The position numbers were made by a program, and so were the translations under genes. Positions 27,151 to 37,343 of a stretch of 64,000 bases of DNA are shown piece by piece. Each line of letters begins with the position of its first letter. The first letter of the stretch is position 1. The notes under the pieces are model-generated. The model saw only the letters and a list, made by a program, of their open reading frames with translations. It searched no databases and had not been told where the DNA came from. This DNA comes from an uncultured virus (IMG/VR IMGVR_UViG_3300028833_000148). Lineage: Duplodnaviria; Heunggongvirae; Uroviricota; Caudoviricetes. The stretch is from IMG/VR virus record IMGVR_UViG_3300028833_000148, positions 1 to 64,000 of that record, one strand, 5' to 3'.

Positions 27151-27231
27151 ATATATAGTGTTTTATCGTTTGATGCAAATATACGAAAAAAAATTGGAAT
27201 AGCCAAATAACTACTCCAATTTTAATATTAT

Positions 27232-28059
27232 TTAACCTTCTTCCTCAAAATGTATTCTAGATTCTAGGTATTCCCTACCTTCACCTCTTAGTATTGGCAT
27301 TTCCTCATCAACTACCCAATCACCTTCACCATTCTTAATAATTGCAGTACCCCTCTTCTCTGGAATTGACAAGTTATTCCAATTGATACTGTATTTCTCC
27401 ATCATCATATCTTGCATTTGGCTACTGTTTTTACCATGCAATTCTTTTGGTGAAAAATATGCTTGGGCTAATGAAGATACAGAGTTTCTTGTTGCGTCAT
27501 TCTGTCTCCAAAGTACGCAATTTGTGACTTCTCCCTCTGGAACGTTGAACACTCTAGCATCGAACAACCCGCCATTTTTGATTCCCCTCATATATGCTTT
27601 CAGAACCCTATCAACTTGGCATGCTACATCACCAAGATTCTTTTTATCTTTTGCATTTGAAGCATGTTCTTTAATAAAATCTCCACAAATTCTAGCGAAA
27701 ATTCTATTAAAATATAACGTACACATAGATGCTGCCACTGAGCACATTTTTTCAACACTATAGTCAAACCATGCGTCAGTATCAAGTGCATTATAATCAA
27801 CTAACACAAGAGTAATCTCGTCAGATTGCGTGTAGCCGAATACACATCCTTGGATGTTTCTGCAAAGCTCTAATGTTGTTTCTTGCATTACACGCATAAG
27901 TCTTGCATCAAAAGGTTTCACAAAACCTCTTGTAAATGTGTGGAATGCTTTACCATCTAGCCTAATAATTACTGGTGTTCTTCTCAATAAATATGTCTTG
28001 GCTCTGTTCTCATAGTTATTTTTCATTCTATCTCCAAGACCGTCTCTTTTATTACCCAT
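27232..28059 (-). CDS. tRNA(His) guanylyltransferase Thg1-like protein
   Basis: RLDGKAFHTFT, YTQSDEI, FDARV, WRQ.DA.RNS motifs. Confidence 0.92.
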   Translation of the reverse strand: MGNKRDGLGDRMKNNYENRAKTYLLRRTPVIIRLDGKAFHTFTRGFVKPFDARLMRVMQETTLELCRNIQGCVFGYTQSDEITLVLVDYNALDTDAWFDYSVEKMCSVAASMCTLYFNRIFARICGDFIKEHASNAKDKKNLGDVACQVDRVLKAYMRGIKNGGLFDARVFNVPEGEVTNCVLWRQNDATRNSVSSLAQAYFSPKELHGKNSSQMQDMMMEKYSINWNNLSIPEKRGTAIIKNGEGDWVVDEEMPILRGEGREYLESRIHFEEEG

Positions 28060-28273
28060 TTATTATAATGTTTTTAATTTCGTTAATACAATCAGTATAT
28101 CTACGATGTTGATTTAATTCACTTGTTACTCTTTCTCCATTTTTAAAACCCACAAATTCATGATGCCATACAACAGAATAATTTGTTGAAAATGATTGTT
28201 CCCAATACTCTATTATAAAGCCTTTGTATTTATAAGTTTTTAAAACTATAGGTTTACTCCATTGATTTTTCAT
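28052..28273 (-). CDS. hypothetical protein
   Basis: ORF overlapping the Thg1 start. Confidence 0.5.
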   Translation of the reverse strand: MKNQWSKPIVLKTYKYKGFIIEYWEQSFSTNYSVVWHHEFVGFKNGERVTSELNQHRRYTDCINEIKNIIING

Positions 28274-28524
28274 TTTTAATTATTTGTTTATCCGATACGA
28301 AATCTTTGGTTATATTCTCGAATTCAAATTTTCGTATAATCATATATTCCCAACTTTTTAGCTAGTTTATGCTTCCTAATACATAGTTTTTTCCACAGTT
28401 TAACGGATATAAAAAACTCCAAGGTAAAAGAGGGCTATCTAATAAAAAATACTCTAATTTTTTACTCATATTGCAAAAATATAAAAAAACGTGAAAGATT
28501 CAAAATCTTTCACGTTAAATTAGG

Positions 28525-29037
28525 TTAAAAATCAAAATCTTCAAAAGTCTCCCACCAATGTGTCTCTCCAATCAAGTCCAAATTCATTGGAGGTGCTTCA
28601 TTCAACTTTTTACGTACTGCATTGCATCTGTGCGCTGTAACGCCTTCTGGTCTTGCAAGACCTCTTGCAACACAATCCTCACCAGCCTCTACAAAGCGGT
28701 CGAATGCTTCGTGGTCACTTTCAAACTGCCAACGCTTGTCATAGTCTTCACAGCGTGGTTCATCTACAGCAAATTCAGCCCCGAAACGAAGGTCATCGTT
28801 TGCCTCTTCTCCGCAAACACCCCATTGTGGAATTGGTGCTGGTGGCATAAAACTGTGATTCTTAAATCTTGGTGGCGTAAAGTCACGCTCACAACACTTA
28901 GGCTTGCAAGCCTCTTTTTCCTTACACTTCTCAGCCTTTTTTGGCTTTACGTTAAAAGCCTCATCAAGTGCTGAACTAATTTTCTCCACAACTGTTTCCA
29001 TAGTTGGGAAAGCGATAACAAAAATTTTTGCTTCCAT
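28525..29037 (-). CDS. hypothetical protein
   Basis: promoter TATATTTG 29088-29095. Confidence 0.65.
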   Translation of the reverse strand: MEAKIFVIAFPTMETVVEKISSALDEAFNVKPKKAEKCKEKEACKPKCCERDFTPPRFKNHSFMPPAPIPQWGVCGEEANDDLRFGAEFAVDEPRCEDYDKRWQFESDHEAFDRFVEAGEDCVARGLARPEGVTAHRCNAVRKKLNEAPPMNLDLIGETHWWETFEDFDF

Positions 29038-29153
29038 AATCTAAATTAAATTTGTAACGTTAATATCTTTTTCTAAGTTTGATATTGCAAATATATAAGT
29101 TTTTTCCCAAACTTCCAAATTTTACAGAATTTTTTTTTAATATTTTTTAATAT

Positions 29154-29633
29154 TTACCTCCTTCCACCGAATCTGCCGCCATTTCTAGGTTGAGTTTTAT
29201 GCATTTGTTGTCTTCCAAAGTTCCCATTACCATACCTATGATTACCTATATTTGGTCTGTGATTAAAATTTGACCTAATATGGTATGTACTTCTGTTAGG
29301 AGGTGTTACATAGTATCTATGTGGTGGTCTATGCCTATAAAAATCTCTTGGGATTGGTCTATACCTATTCATCCTAGATGGAGGTAATGGTCTATGATAC
29401 CTATGAAAATAATACCTATTATTGTAATAGAATGGATAATAATAATAATCACGGTATATATAGTATAGTAAAAGACCGCTACTATTATAATAAGGAGTTC
29501 CATTTGAGATAACTATACTGATGTCAACGTTATCACCATAAACCCCATCATCTTGTGCTTGCGCTGTTGTGATACAAGATGATAATGACACACACATTAC
29601 TAGCGCAATTAAAATACTAATAATCTTTTTCAT
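29154..29633 (-). CDS. putative lipoprotein with Tyr/Arg/His-rich tail
   Basis: MKKIISILIALVMCVSLSSC lipobox; likely start 29633; promoter TATCTTTG 29657-29664. Confidence 0.65.
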   Translation of the reverse strand: MKKIISILIALVMCVSLSSCITTAQAQDDGVYGDNVDISIVISNGTPYYNSSGLLLYYIYRDYYYYPFYYNNRYYFHRYHRPLPPSRMNRYRPIPRDFYRHRPPHRYYVTPPNRSTYHIRSNFNHRPNIGNHRYGNGNFGRQQMHKTQPRNGGRFGGRR

Positions 29634-29756
29634 AATCACTTTTTTTATAACTATTGCAAAGATATTTAATTTTTTTATGAAAAACAAGGTATTTATGTAA
29701 AAATAGGGATTTTCCAATAAAGAATAGGAAATACCCTATTAAAAAAATTAGTTACT

Positions 29757-30209
29757 ATGAGAAAAATTATTAGATTAACAGAGTCGGATTTAAAAAATAT
29801 AATAGAAAAATCAGTTAAAAGAATCATTAGAGAGGGTGCATATAGCAAATATCAAGATGACATTATGGATATTGAGCTAGATGGCAACCAAAACATAAAT
29901 GACTTGGGGCTTTCTAGCGCATATTCACAAATGAATGACCCAATGATTCGCAATATAACTGGTTCAACCATGCGTGATATGATGTCTGATAGAATGGGTA
30001 ACAGCGTTGATAATGATTCAGAAAATTTTGATAGTATTGATGGTTTAAACCAAAAAAACACGACAGATAGATGGCTTAATACACCAAATGCCGCTAGAAA
30101 CTTCAAAGAGTTCCCAAGACAATCAAAGGCAAACAGTGGCGTAAAAAATTACGATAACTTGGCTTTTGGTAGTAAAAAAATAAATCAATATAAAATGGGG
30201 AAAAGATAG
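29757..30209 (+). CDS. IRLTESDL-leader protein (putative head-packaged)
   Basis: MRKIIRLTESDLKNIIEKSVKRIIRE; TATTTAT at 29690. Confidence 0.7.
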   Translation: MRKIIRLTESDLKNIIEKSVKRIIREGAYSKYQDDIMDIELDGNQNINDLGLSSAYSQMNDPMIRNITGSTMRDMMSDRMGNSVDNDSENFDSIDGLNQKNTTDRWLNTPNAARNFKEFPRQSKANSGVKNYDNLAFGSKKINQYKMGKR

Positions 30210-30215
30210 TTTTCC

Positions 30216-30536
30216 TCATTTTTTTATTTCCAATTGAAACTTCTTTTTGTTATATATCTTTTTTTTTAGCCTCAACAGATTTGAAACTTTGAAATAGTGT
30301 ATTATATCAATTTTTTCAGCATCTTTATCGTATGATAAAATTCTAGATTCACCCCAAGTAGAATCATATATTCTTCCTTCTTTTAGGTTTACAACCAAAG
30401 GATAATGGCGTTTTAATTTTATACTCCTTTCAATATCTCTATCACGATTATCCACTAAAATCCAATCTTTCAAAATTTTCATTTTAGTGACTAATTGTGG
30501 CTTCTCATCAAATAATTCTAATTGTTTTGCTTCCAT
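30216..30536 (-). CDS. hypothetical protein
   Basis: promoter TACATTTG 30541-30548. Confidence 0.55.
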   Translation of the reverse strand: MEAKQLELFDEKPQLVTKMKILKDWILVDNRDRDIERSIKLKRHYPLVVNLKEGRIYDSTWGESRILSYDKDAEKIDIIHYFKVSNLLRLKKKIYNKKKFQLEIKK

Positions 30537-30604
30537 AATGCAAATGTATAAATATTACTTTGAAAATACAAATATTGAATGTTAAAAAAAAACAAAAATG
30601 GGAG

Positions 30605-31039
30605 CTAGTTGCTCCCATTATAATATTTCATAACTTTCTTATAGTAACCGTTAGTTCCTTTAATTGTGTAACTAGGTCCTCCATTCCAAAGTCTTATCGC
30701 TTTTTCAACACTATGTGAAGGATTATAATGTTCTTGTATCATGATAAACATTTCCTTCGATTTTTCAACGTCATACCTATCTTGCAAAGTATATCGTTTC
30801 TGAGATTTTTGGTTTTTCAACCAAATGTTGCACTGTTTCACTAGTATTGGCGTAATTTGCAAAATTCCAGCACAGTCACCATTTGCATTGTACGCTTTAC
30901 TATTTCCTTTACTTTCTACTTGTATGATGGCATTCATTATTTTTGTCCAATCATACATTTTTTTTGTTTGCGCATTTACTGTCAACACAAGAATCGACAT
31001 TAAGCACGTTAAAATTAATTTTTTTACTATTCTCATCAT
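30605..31039 (-). CDS. secreted lysozyme-fold / lytic transglycosylase (endolysin candidate)
   Basis: signal peptide, AIIQVES (catalytic Glu), GILQI, WNGG motifs. Confidence 0.75.
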   Translation of the reverse strand: MMRIVKKLILTCLMSILVLTVNAQTKKMYDWTKIMNAIIQVESKGNSKAYNANGDCAGILQITPILVKQCNIWLKNQKSQKRYTLQDRYDVEKSKEMFIMIQEHYNPSHSVEKAIRLWNGGPSYTIKGTNGYYKKVMKYYNGSN

Positions 31040-31126
31040 TCTAAATTTTATGTGAGGCTCAACCAATAATGGTTGATTGGGTAGCGATATGTGAGAGCGA
31101 GTTACGTTACCACATCCTCTTAGTTA

Positions 31127-31477
31127 TTAAAAATTGTATGCTGACAGACTTCCGTACTTACTAATTTTGTTATTATACCAATCATCTAGTAATTGGCTTA
31201 GAAATCCGTCTCTTTCTTTTTTATCAGTTATTGTATTATTAAATTCTTTGTCTAATATATCTAATACATCTTGTTTCCAATAAGATTTCTCAGTTGGAAG
31301 ATGATTACTCAATTTCACGAAGATTCCTACATTTTCTCCATCTTTCTCAAAAGTGGCCCTCATAAAATTGTTATCTAGATATTTTTTAACTAGTTCAATT
31401 TTATCACTGTAGGACTCTTCGATTATTGTGTTATTTATTTTTCTAAATCCATTTTCAGACAATATAATTGTTTTCAT
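31127..31477 (-). CDS. hypothetical late protein with leader-like N-terminus
   Basis: MKTIILSENGFRKINNTIIEE; TATTTATA on the minus strand at 31495-31502. Confidence 0.6.
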   Translation of the reverse strand: MKTIILSENGFRKINNTIIEESYSDKIELVKKYLDNNFMRATFEKDGENVGIFVKLSNHLPTEKSYWKQDVLDILDKEFNNTITDKKERDGFLSQLLDDWYNNKISKYGSLSAYNF

Positions 31478-31493
31478 AACGAATATACATTTA

Positions 31494-32066
31494 TTATAAA
31501 TATTCGTTAATCATTTTTTTGCTTAATGGCATAATATAAAAACTTGCTTCTGGTATTGTGAAGATTTCTACAAACCCTAGTCTTTTCCAATAGGATTTCG
31601 ACCTCAAAGATTCTTCAATACCAATCCAGATGAAATCATAGTTTTCGATTAAAAAATCCGCATTGAAATGTAACATTTTTTTATCTAGCCCACTGTTTCT
31701 TAGGCGTTCATCTATAATGAATGAATGCCCGTTTACTTGTTTATAATCACTTAAATATTGTGTGATGCCACTTTCTACCATTCGTATAGGAGAACCCTTA
31801 TCAATTGGATATTCAGTGAAAATCAACAAGCCATATATATCGTCTGTTTCTTTATCTACTAGTTTTATTGATTCATTTAATATTGCCTTTGAGTTTTCTA
31901 ATTGAAATAATGCTTCAAATTCTGAACTAAGATTAAATGACTTTGCCAAGGTCTTACAAATCTGTTCTAAATCTTTTTCCGATGTTTTGCGTATTTCTAC
32001 ACGTTCCAACAACTCTTTTCTCGTTAAATCATTGTCTATGAGTTTGTTGCATAAATCTATCATCAT
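31494..32066 (-). CDS. GNAT-like acetyltransferase
   Basis: IDERLRNSGL and YWKRLGF motifs. Confidence 0.55.
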   Translation of the reverse strand: MMIDLCNKLIDNDLTRKELLERVEIRKTSEKDLEQICKTLAKSFNLSSEFEALFQLENSKAILNESIKLVDKETDDIYGLLIFTEYPIDKGSPIRMVESGITQYLSDYKQVNGHSFIIDERLRNSGLDKKMLHFNADFLIENYDFIWIGIEESLRSKSYWKRLGFVEIFTIPEASFYIMPLSKKMINEYL

Positions 32067-32231
32067 AAGAGATTACGATTTACGGATGCAAATATATGAA
32101 AAAAAATTGAAATATCCAAAATTTTTAATATATTTTGCTTATTTTTAAAAAAAATTAGGGGAAGTTATTGTTTTGATAAATCGCTTCCCCCTTCAGTTTA
32201 ACTATAAAATATTTGAATTATGAGAGAAATG

Positions 32232-34739
32232 TCATTTAATTACAATTTCATCATTTTCGCAAGAAGCATGGAACACATATTTCGGTTCATAATCGTTTGT
32301 GAGCATAAGTTCTGTGATTTTATCTTCAATGTTTGTTTGTATTAGCCTTATAATTGGTCTTGCTCCCAAATCCTTTTTCTTGATTGCTTCTGCATGTATA
32401 TAGTTTACTACATCATCAGTATACTCTATATTATATTCTATATTATTTAATCTATTATTGAATTTATTTATTTCTAATTTAACTATATTTTTTAAATTAT
32501 CATCTGTTAAATTATTAAAATATACTATTTGGTCAATTCTATTTATAAATTCTGGAGTAAATTTCTTTTTCAGTTCTTTATCAATAATCGACTTTTTATT
32601 TGAGTCTTCGTTGCTGACAAACCCCAACCCATTTCCTAATTCAGCGGCTTTTCTAGCACCTATGTTAGATGTCATAAGGACAATAACGTTTTTGAAATTA
32701 ACAATCTGTCCAGCACTATCAGTTAGTCTGCCTTCATCGAATAGTTGTAAGAATACGTTATAAACCTCTTGGTCAGCCTTTTCAATCTCATCTAGAAGAA
32801 GAACACAATGCTGCTTATGCTTGATGGCTTCTGTGAGTTGTCCACCATTTTCATAACCGACATATCCTGGGGCTGCTCCCGTAAGTTTAGAAACAGAATT
32901 TTTCTCTGAATATTCTGACATATCTATTCTAATCAATGCTTTTTCATCGCCAAATATTTCTTCCGCTAGTTTTTTAGCAATAAGTGTTTTACCACTTCCA
33001 GTTGGACCAACCATAAGGATGTTTGCCATTGTTTTAGTTTTATCCCCAAGACCGACTTTATTCCTTTTAATTACCCTACATACGCTATCAATTGCCTCAT
33101 CTTGACCAATGATACTCTTTTTCAATGTGTCATCAATATGTGCGATTTTACTTTTTTCTGATGAAGACAATTTTGATACAGGTATCTTAGTTATTTCTGA
33201 GACAACATTAGATATTGTATCTTCATTAATTACGATTTGTTCAATTGAATCTTTATGATTACTTCTTCTATAATCGGCAACATCTGCATTCAATACATTT
33301 TCTTCAGCATTCAAAACATCAATCTTTTCAAAATCTCCGTTGTTTAATGAATTCTCCTTTTCATTTTGTATTTCTTTGATTCTTTTTTTGATGTTTTGTA
33401 TTTCTATTGGTTCTCTGTCAATCAAAGAGGTATTTGCTCCAGCCAAGTCAATAATATCAAATGCTGAATCTGGCAGTGTCCTATCTGTAATATACCTTTC
33501 TGCTAGGTCAACAGCCTTTTTTATTGCTTTTTCAGTATATTGCACATTATGATACTCTTCGTAATATTTTTTGTTATTGGTCAATATTTTGACTGCTTCT
33601 GCATTACTAACTGGGTCGATAATAATTTTTTGGAACTTCCTAGATAGAGACGAATTACTTTCAATTGAATTCCTATAATCTTTGAATGTTGTTGCGCCAA
33701 TTATTTTAATTGAACCCTCGGATAATGCCTCTCCAATCATTCCACTAATATCTGTATCCCTTTCTTTACTCCCGTTTTTCAGCACAGTGTGTATATCATC
33801 AATGAACAAAATATATTTACTGCTTTTTTTAAGTTCAGTAAACAAGCCGTTAATTCTTTCCTCAAACATTCCCCTAAAATGAGTTCCGCTGACCAATGCC
33901 ATAGGATTAAGCATTACTATCTCTTTTCCATCCAAGATTTCAGGAACATCACCGTTAACAATCATATTGGCTATACCATACACAATTGCTGTTTTTCCAC
34001 AACCGCCTTCTCCTACTAATACAGCATTATTTTTCTTTCTTCTAGACAAAACCTTTATTATTTCGTTGATTTCTTGTTCTCTTCCAACGATTTCATCAAT
34101 TTTGCCATCCAATGCCAATTTATTTAGACTAGTTGTATATTGTTCAACAAATTCATTTGAAGAATTTGTAGATATAATTTTTGTATTCACCTCACTTTTT
34201 AATGGCATATTATTTTTTTTATTGGAAATTTTTTTTGTTTGTAATTTTTTCGGTTTTGTTTCTTTTATTTGTTTTTTATTATCCATTGATATATGGCATT
34301 TATTGAAAATGAAATCATACTCCAATCTAAATTTATCAAAAACTTCTGTTTCTGAAAAACCATTTTCCTTGTTTAAAATCGCCAATAGCAAATGTTCAGT
34401 TCCTATAATCGGTGACCCAAGTTTTTCTGCCTCATTTTTTGATTCTTCGATTGCTTTAATTAACTCGTCATTAAATTGAGCGTTATCCATTTTAAGCTGG
34501 GGCTTCATATGCTTATCGAGCACAGATACATATATTTTCCTAAGTTCCTCAATGTTATCCGACATTAAACAATTATCTAGAATCATGTTTGCATGACTAT
34601 TCCTATTGTCTAGAATGGAAAGAATCAAGTATTCTAATGTTATAGTGTCGGTAGGAAATTCATTGTACAAGGTGTTTGACATATAATTCATCACCTCGTT
34701 AAACTCTTTTGTGTAATCTTCTTCTCTAAATCTACTCAT
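32232..34739 (-). CDS. ClpC/ClpB-family AAA+ chaperone (Clp protease ATP-binding subunit)
   Basis: Clp N-domain (EHLLLAIL), NBD1 GEGGCGKT, NBD2 GPTGSGKT, DMSEY, LLDEIEKA, LGF loop, GARP. Confidence 0.93.
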   Translation of the reverse strand: MSRFREEDYTKEFNEVMNYMSNTLYNEFPTDTITLEYLILSILDNRNSHANMILDNCLMSDNIEELRKIYVSVLDKHMKPQLKMDNAQFNDELIKAIEESKNEAEKLGSPIIGTEHLLLAILNKENGFSETEVFDKFRLEYDFIFNKCHISMDNKKQIKETKPKKLQTKKISNKKNNMPLKSEVNTKIISTNSSNEFVEQYTTSLNKLALDGKIDEIVGREQEINEIIKVLSRRKKNNAVLVGEGGCGKTAIVYGIANMIVNGDVPEILDGKEIVMLNPMALVSGTHFRGMFEERINGLFTELKKSSKYILFIDDIHTVLKNGSKERDTDISGMIGEALSEGSIKIIGATTFKDYRNSIESNSSLSRKFQKIIIDPVSNAEAVKILTNNKKYYEEYHNVQYTEKAIKKAVDLAERYITDRTLPDSAFDIIDLAGANTSLIDREPIEIQNIKKRIKEIQNEKENSLNNGDFEKIDVLNAEENVLNADVADYRRSNHKDSIEQIVINEDTISNVVSEITKIPVSKLSSSEKSKIAHIDDTLKKSIIGQDEAIDSVCRVIKRNKVGLGDKTKTMANILMVGPTGSGKTLIAKKLAEEIFGDEKALIRIDMSEYSEKNSVSKLTGAAPGYVGYENGGQLTEAIKHKQHCVLLLDEIEKADQEVYNVFLQLFDEGRLTDSAGQIVNFKNVIVLMTSNIGARKAAELGNGLGFVSNEDSNKKSIIDKELKKKFTPEFINRIDQIVYFNNLTDDNLKNIVKLEINKFNNRLNNIEYNIEYTDDVVNYIHAEAIKKKDLGARPIIRLIQTNIEDKITELMLTNDYEPKYVFHASCENDEIVIK

Positions 34740-34842
34740 AATTTTTTAATAGTTACATTTAAAATATAACGCAATTTTATGCTTTTTAAACAGGATTACT
34801 TGTTTTTTTAATTTTTTTTACATATCTTTGCAATAAAAAAAT

Positions 34843-35952
34843 ATGGAATTTCCGACTTTGTACAAACAAACAGCCACTGGTGCAATAAACAAATGGAGTA
34901 TATTTGTGGAAAACAATTATTATTGGACTGAGTTTGGCAACATTAATGGCGTAAATCAAATATCAGATAAAGTTTATTGCGAAGCTAAGAATATTGGGCG
35001 TTCAAACGAGACAAACAATGAGCAGCAAGCGGTTCTTGAGGCTTCATCACTGTGGAAAAAGAAAAGAGACCGTGAAGGTTTTGTTCTTTCTATTGAAGAT
35101 ATATATAATGTAACATTCAATCCACCAATGTTAGCGAAAAAATATGATGGGAACTATAAGAAAGAAATGAAATTCATTCAGCCAAAATTAGATGGAATAA
35201 GATGCAATATATCTTGTAATACTGGTGAAATTCAATCTTTGAGTAGGCATAATATGTTATTTGAAACAACACAACACATCGAAAAAGATGTCAAAGAATT
35301 ACTAGAAAGCAACAAAAACATACATTTGGATGGTGAGTTGTATAACCATGAATTACATGATGATTTCAATAAAATTGTTTCTTTAGTGAGAAAGAAGAAA
35401 CTTACTGAAAATGACAAAAAAGAAATTGAATCAAAAGTAAAATATTATGTGTATGATGTTTGGTTTGATGATAACGAAGAAATAAGTTTTTCAGAAAGGT
35501 CAGAATTCATAAAAAATAATTTATCGAACATGAAAAATGTTGTGGTTGTACCAACATTTGAAATTAAATCTAGAGAGGATGCTGACAAATATTTCGATGA
35601 ATTTAGAAAAGATGGGTATGAAGGAGCAATAATAAGGACTGATGCGCCTTATGAGCATAAAAGAAGTAAAAATTTATTAAAATATAAAGAATTCCTAGAT
35701 GATGAATTTGAAATAATTGACGTGAATATTGGCAAAAATCAAACAATTGCTGAAAGTTTTACAATAAAATTGAAAAATGATAAAATTTGTAATGCAACGT
35801 TAGCATTCACGGATGAAAAATGTAAAGAAATATTAGAAAATAAGGAAAAGTATATGGGTAAAATGGCAACAGTTTGTTATTTTGGGGTGACAAATGACGG
35901 TTTACTTAGATTTCCAGTAGTAAAAGCAATAGACAGACAAAGTTATGAGTAA
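34843..35952 (+). CDS. ATP-dependent DNA ligase
   Basis: PMLA, QPKLDGIRC, LDGELY, GYEGAIIR, KRS..LLKYK, LRFP; promoter TATCTTTG 34823-34830. Confidence 0.92.
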   Translation: MEFPTLYKQTATGAINKWSIFVENNYYWTEFGNINGVNQISDKVYCEAKNIGRSNETNNEQQAVLEASSLWKKKRDREGFVLSIEDIYNVTFNPPMLAKKYDGNYKKEMKFIQPKLDGIRCNISCNTGEIQSLSRHNMLFETTQHIEKDVKELLESNKNIHLDGELYNHELHDDFNKIVSLVRKKKLTENDKKEIESKVKYYVYDVWFDDNEEISFSERSEFIKNNLSNMKNVVVVPTFEIKSREDADKYFDEFRKDGYEGAIIRTDAPYEHKRSKNLLKYKEFLDDEFEIIDVNIGKNQTIAESFTIKLKNDKICNATLAFTDEKCKEILENKEKYMGKMATVCYFGVTNDGLLRFPVVKAIDRQSYE

Positions 35953-36433
35953 AATTTTTAATTTTTACGCAAATGATACTGACAAAACTTGGTATCAAAG
36001 TAGCAATATTAGGTATTCTGAATGTATAGACCATGACAATGAATTGAAGACATTAAAGGTCGTATTCAATAATGGCACACAATACCAGTATGATAAAGTG
36101 GACGTAAGAGATTACCTTTTATTCCGTGATGCATCCTCCCAAGGCAAAGCACTGAATGAGTACGTTAAATCTAAGGGATATGAATATGAAAAGCTAGAAA
36201 ATGCTGACCTTGCAACTCTAGATGGGGAGTTGACATTCCGCATGGAAGATGGCATTTTTGTTTTTTATGACAATGGAAAGTTTACAATGAAAGATAATAA
36301 AGATAAGATAATCTGTGAGAAAGACGTTACATTATCTGAGGCTAGTTTCAATACAATATGCTCTGCATTGGAAGCGGTTGGTAAACAACTTTACACAGAA
36401 GGCAAAAATTTTATAAGTGATGGAGAAAGATAA
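35945..36433 (+). CDS. KTSC-domain protein
   Basis: SSNI...L.V.F.NG..Y.Y..V....Y..F..ASSQGK..N..VK pattern. Confidence 0.7.
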   Translation: MSKIFNFYANDTDKTWYQSSNIRYSECIDHDNELKTLKVVFNNGTQYQYDKVDVRDYLLFRDASSQGKALNEYVKSKGYEYEKLENADLATLDGELTFRMEDGIFVFYDNGKFTMKDNKDKIICEKDVTLSEASFNTICSALEAVGKQLYTEGKNFISDGER

Positions 36434-36722
36434 GAGGATAGAACTTTATCAGAAAGCCCTTTCTAAATGGGGCGAAGAAGCGCAAGTTAATATGGTTTAT
36501 GAGGAAGTTGGAGAATTGCTGACTGCTTTAAGTAGATTCAAAAGAGGTAGGGCTAGCCATTATGACGTGATGACTGAACTTGCAGATGTCTCTATTATGG
36601 TAGAACAGATTGCAACATTAATGAATTATGAGGACTTTGAAACAGAAAAAGATTATAAACTAACTAGATTAAAAGAAAGGTTAGAAAAAAATGGACAAGA
36701 CGAAAAAGGAAATGCAACTTGA
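36420..36722 (+). CDS. MazG-like NTP pyrophosphohydrolase
   Basis: EEVGEL and ELADV motifs. Confidence 0.75.
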   Translation: MEKDKRIELYQKALSKWGEEAQVNMVYEEVGELLTALSRFKRGRASHYDVMTELADVSIMVEQIATLMNYEDFETEKDYKLTRLKERLEKNGQDEKGNAT

Positions 36723-36849
36723 AATGCAAAAGGAAATATTTAACAGAATTAAGAGAGAAAAATCAAATTCTAGCATTGAAAATAATTTGGAGGGTTTATT
36801 TGAAGACCATTCTAAAATGAAAGATTTTGACTACAGTGTATGGGAATAA
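36691..36849 (+). CDS. small hypothetical protein (52 aa, not in ORF track)
   Basis: MDKTKKEMQLEMQ...; fills the gap in the operon. Confidence 0.4.
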   Translation: MDKTKKEMQLEMQKEIFNRIKREKSNSSIENNLEGLFEDHSKMKDFDYSVWE

Positions 36850-37343
36850 TAATTAGCAGTTTTATTGGATGCGGTAAATCATTTTTAAACAACACTTATG
36901 GCGATAAAGCGAAAATATTTGATGCTAGCAGCGTAAATTTAGATAGTATCGTTAATGAAGTAATGGGTGTGGTTGACGATTATGATATTGTTTTTATTCC
37001 AGCATCTGAAAATGTCAGGGAATTGTTCAATGAACAAAATATTGATTATGACGTTTTCTACCCAAGTAAAAAAAGAAGGGGAGAATTTATTGAAAATCAA
37101 GTTAGGAAAAGGGCTAAACCAAATATAATTAGAGACTTGGATAAAAATTTTGAAAAATGGGTACAAGAAATTGATGACGATGAATCTTCTAATTGTTATA
37201 AACATAAACTTTCAAATATGGGCGAATTTATTGGCAACAGTCCAATAATTATGCAATACATTGATAGTTTAAAAAATCAGCCACAGAATCAAGGAAATAC
37301 GCCAAATAATAACGAAGAAAAAATAGAGGATAAAAATGACTGA
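36840..37343 (+). CDS. P-loop kinase-like protein
   Basis: N-terminal IISSFIGCGKS. Confidence 0.55.
   Translation: MGIIISSFIGCGKSFLNNTYGDKAKIFDASSVNLDSIVNEVMGVVDDYDIVFIPASENVRELFNEQNIDYDVFYPSKKRRGEFIENQVRKRAKPNIIRDLDKNFEKWVQEIDDDESSNCYKHKLSNMGEFIGNSPIIMQYIDSLKNQPQNQGNTPNNNEEKIEDKND

Noticed and set aside
28320..28469. Possible frameshifted small gene behind a promoter
   Set aside because: Two short overlapping frames without a recognisable motif; I cannot tell a decayed gene from chance.
28487..28516. Third parS site (ACGTGAAA)
   Set aside because: Only a half-site match; it is one arm of a terminator/promoter hairpin.
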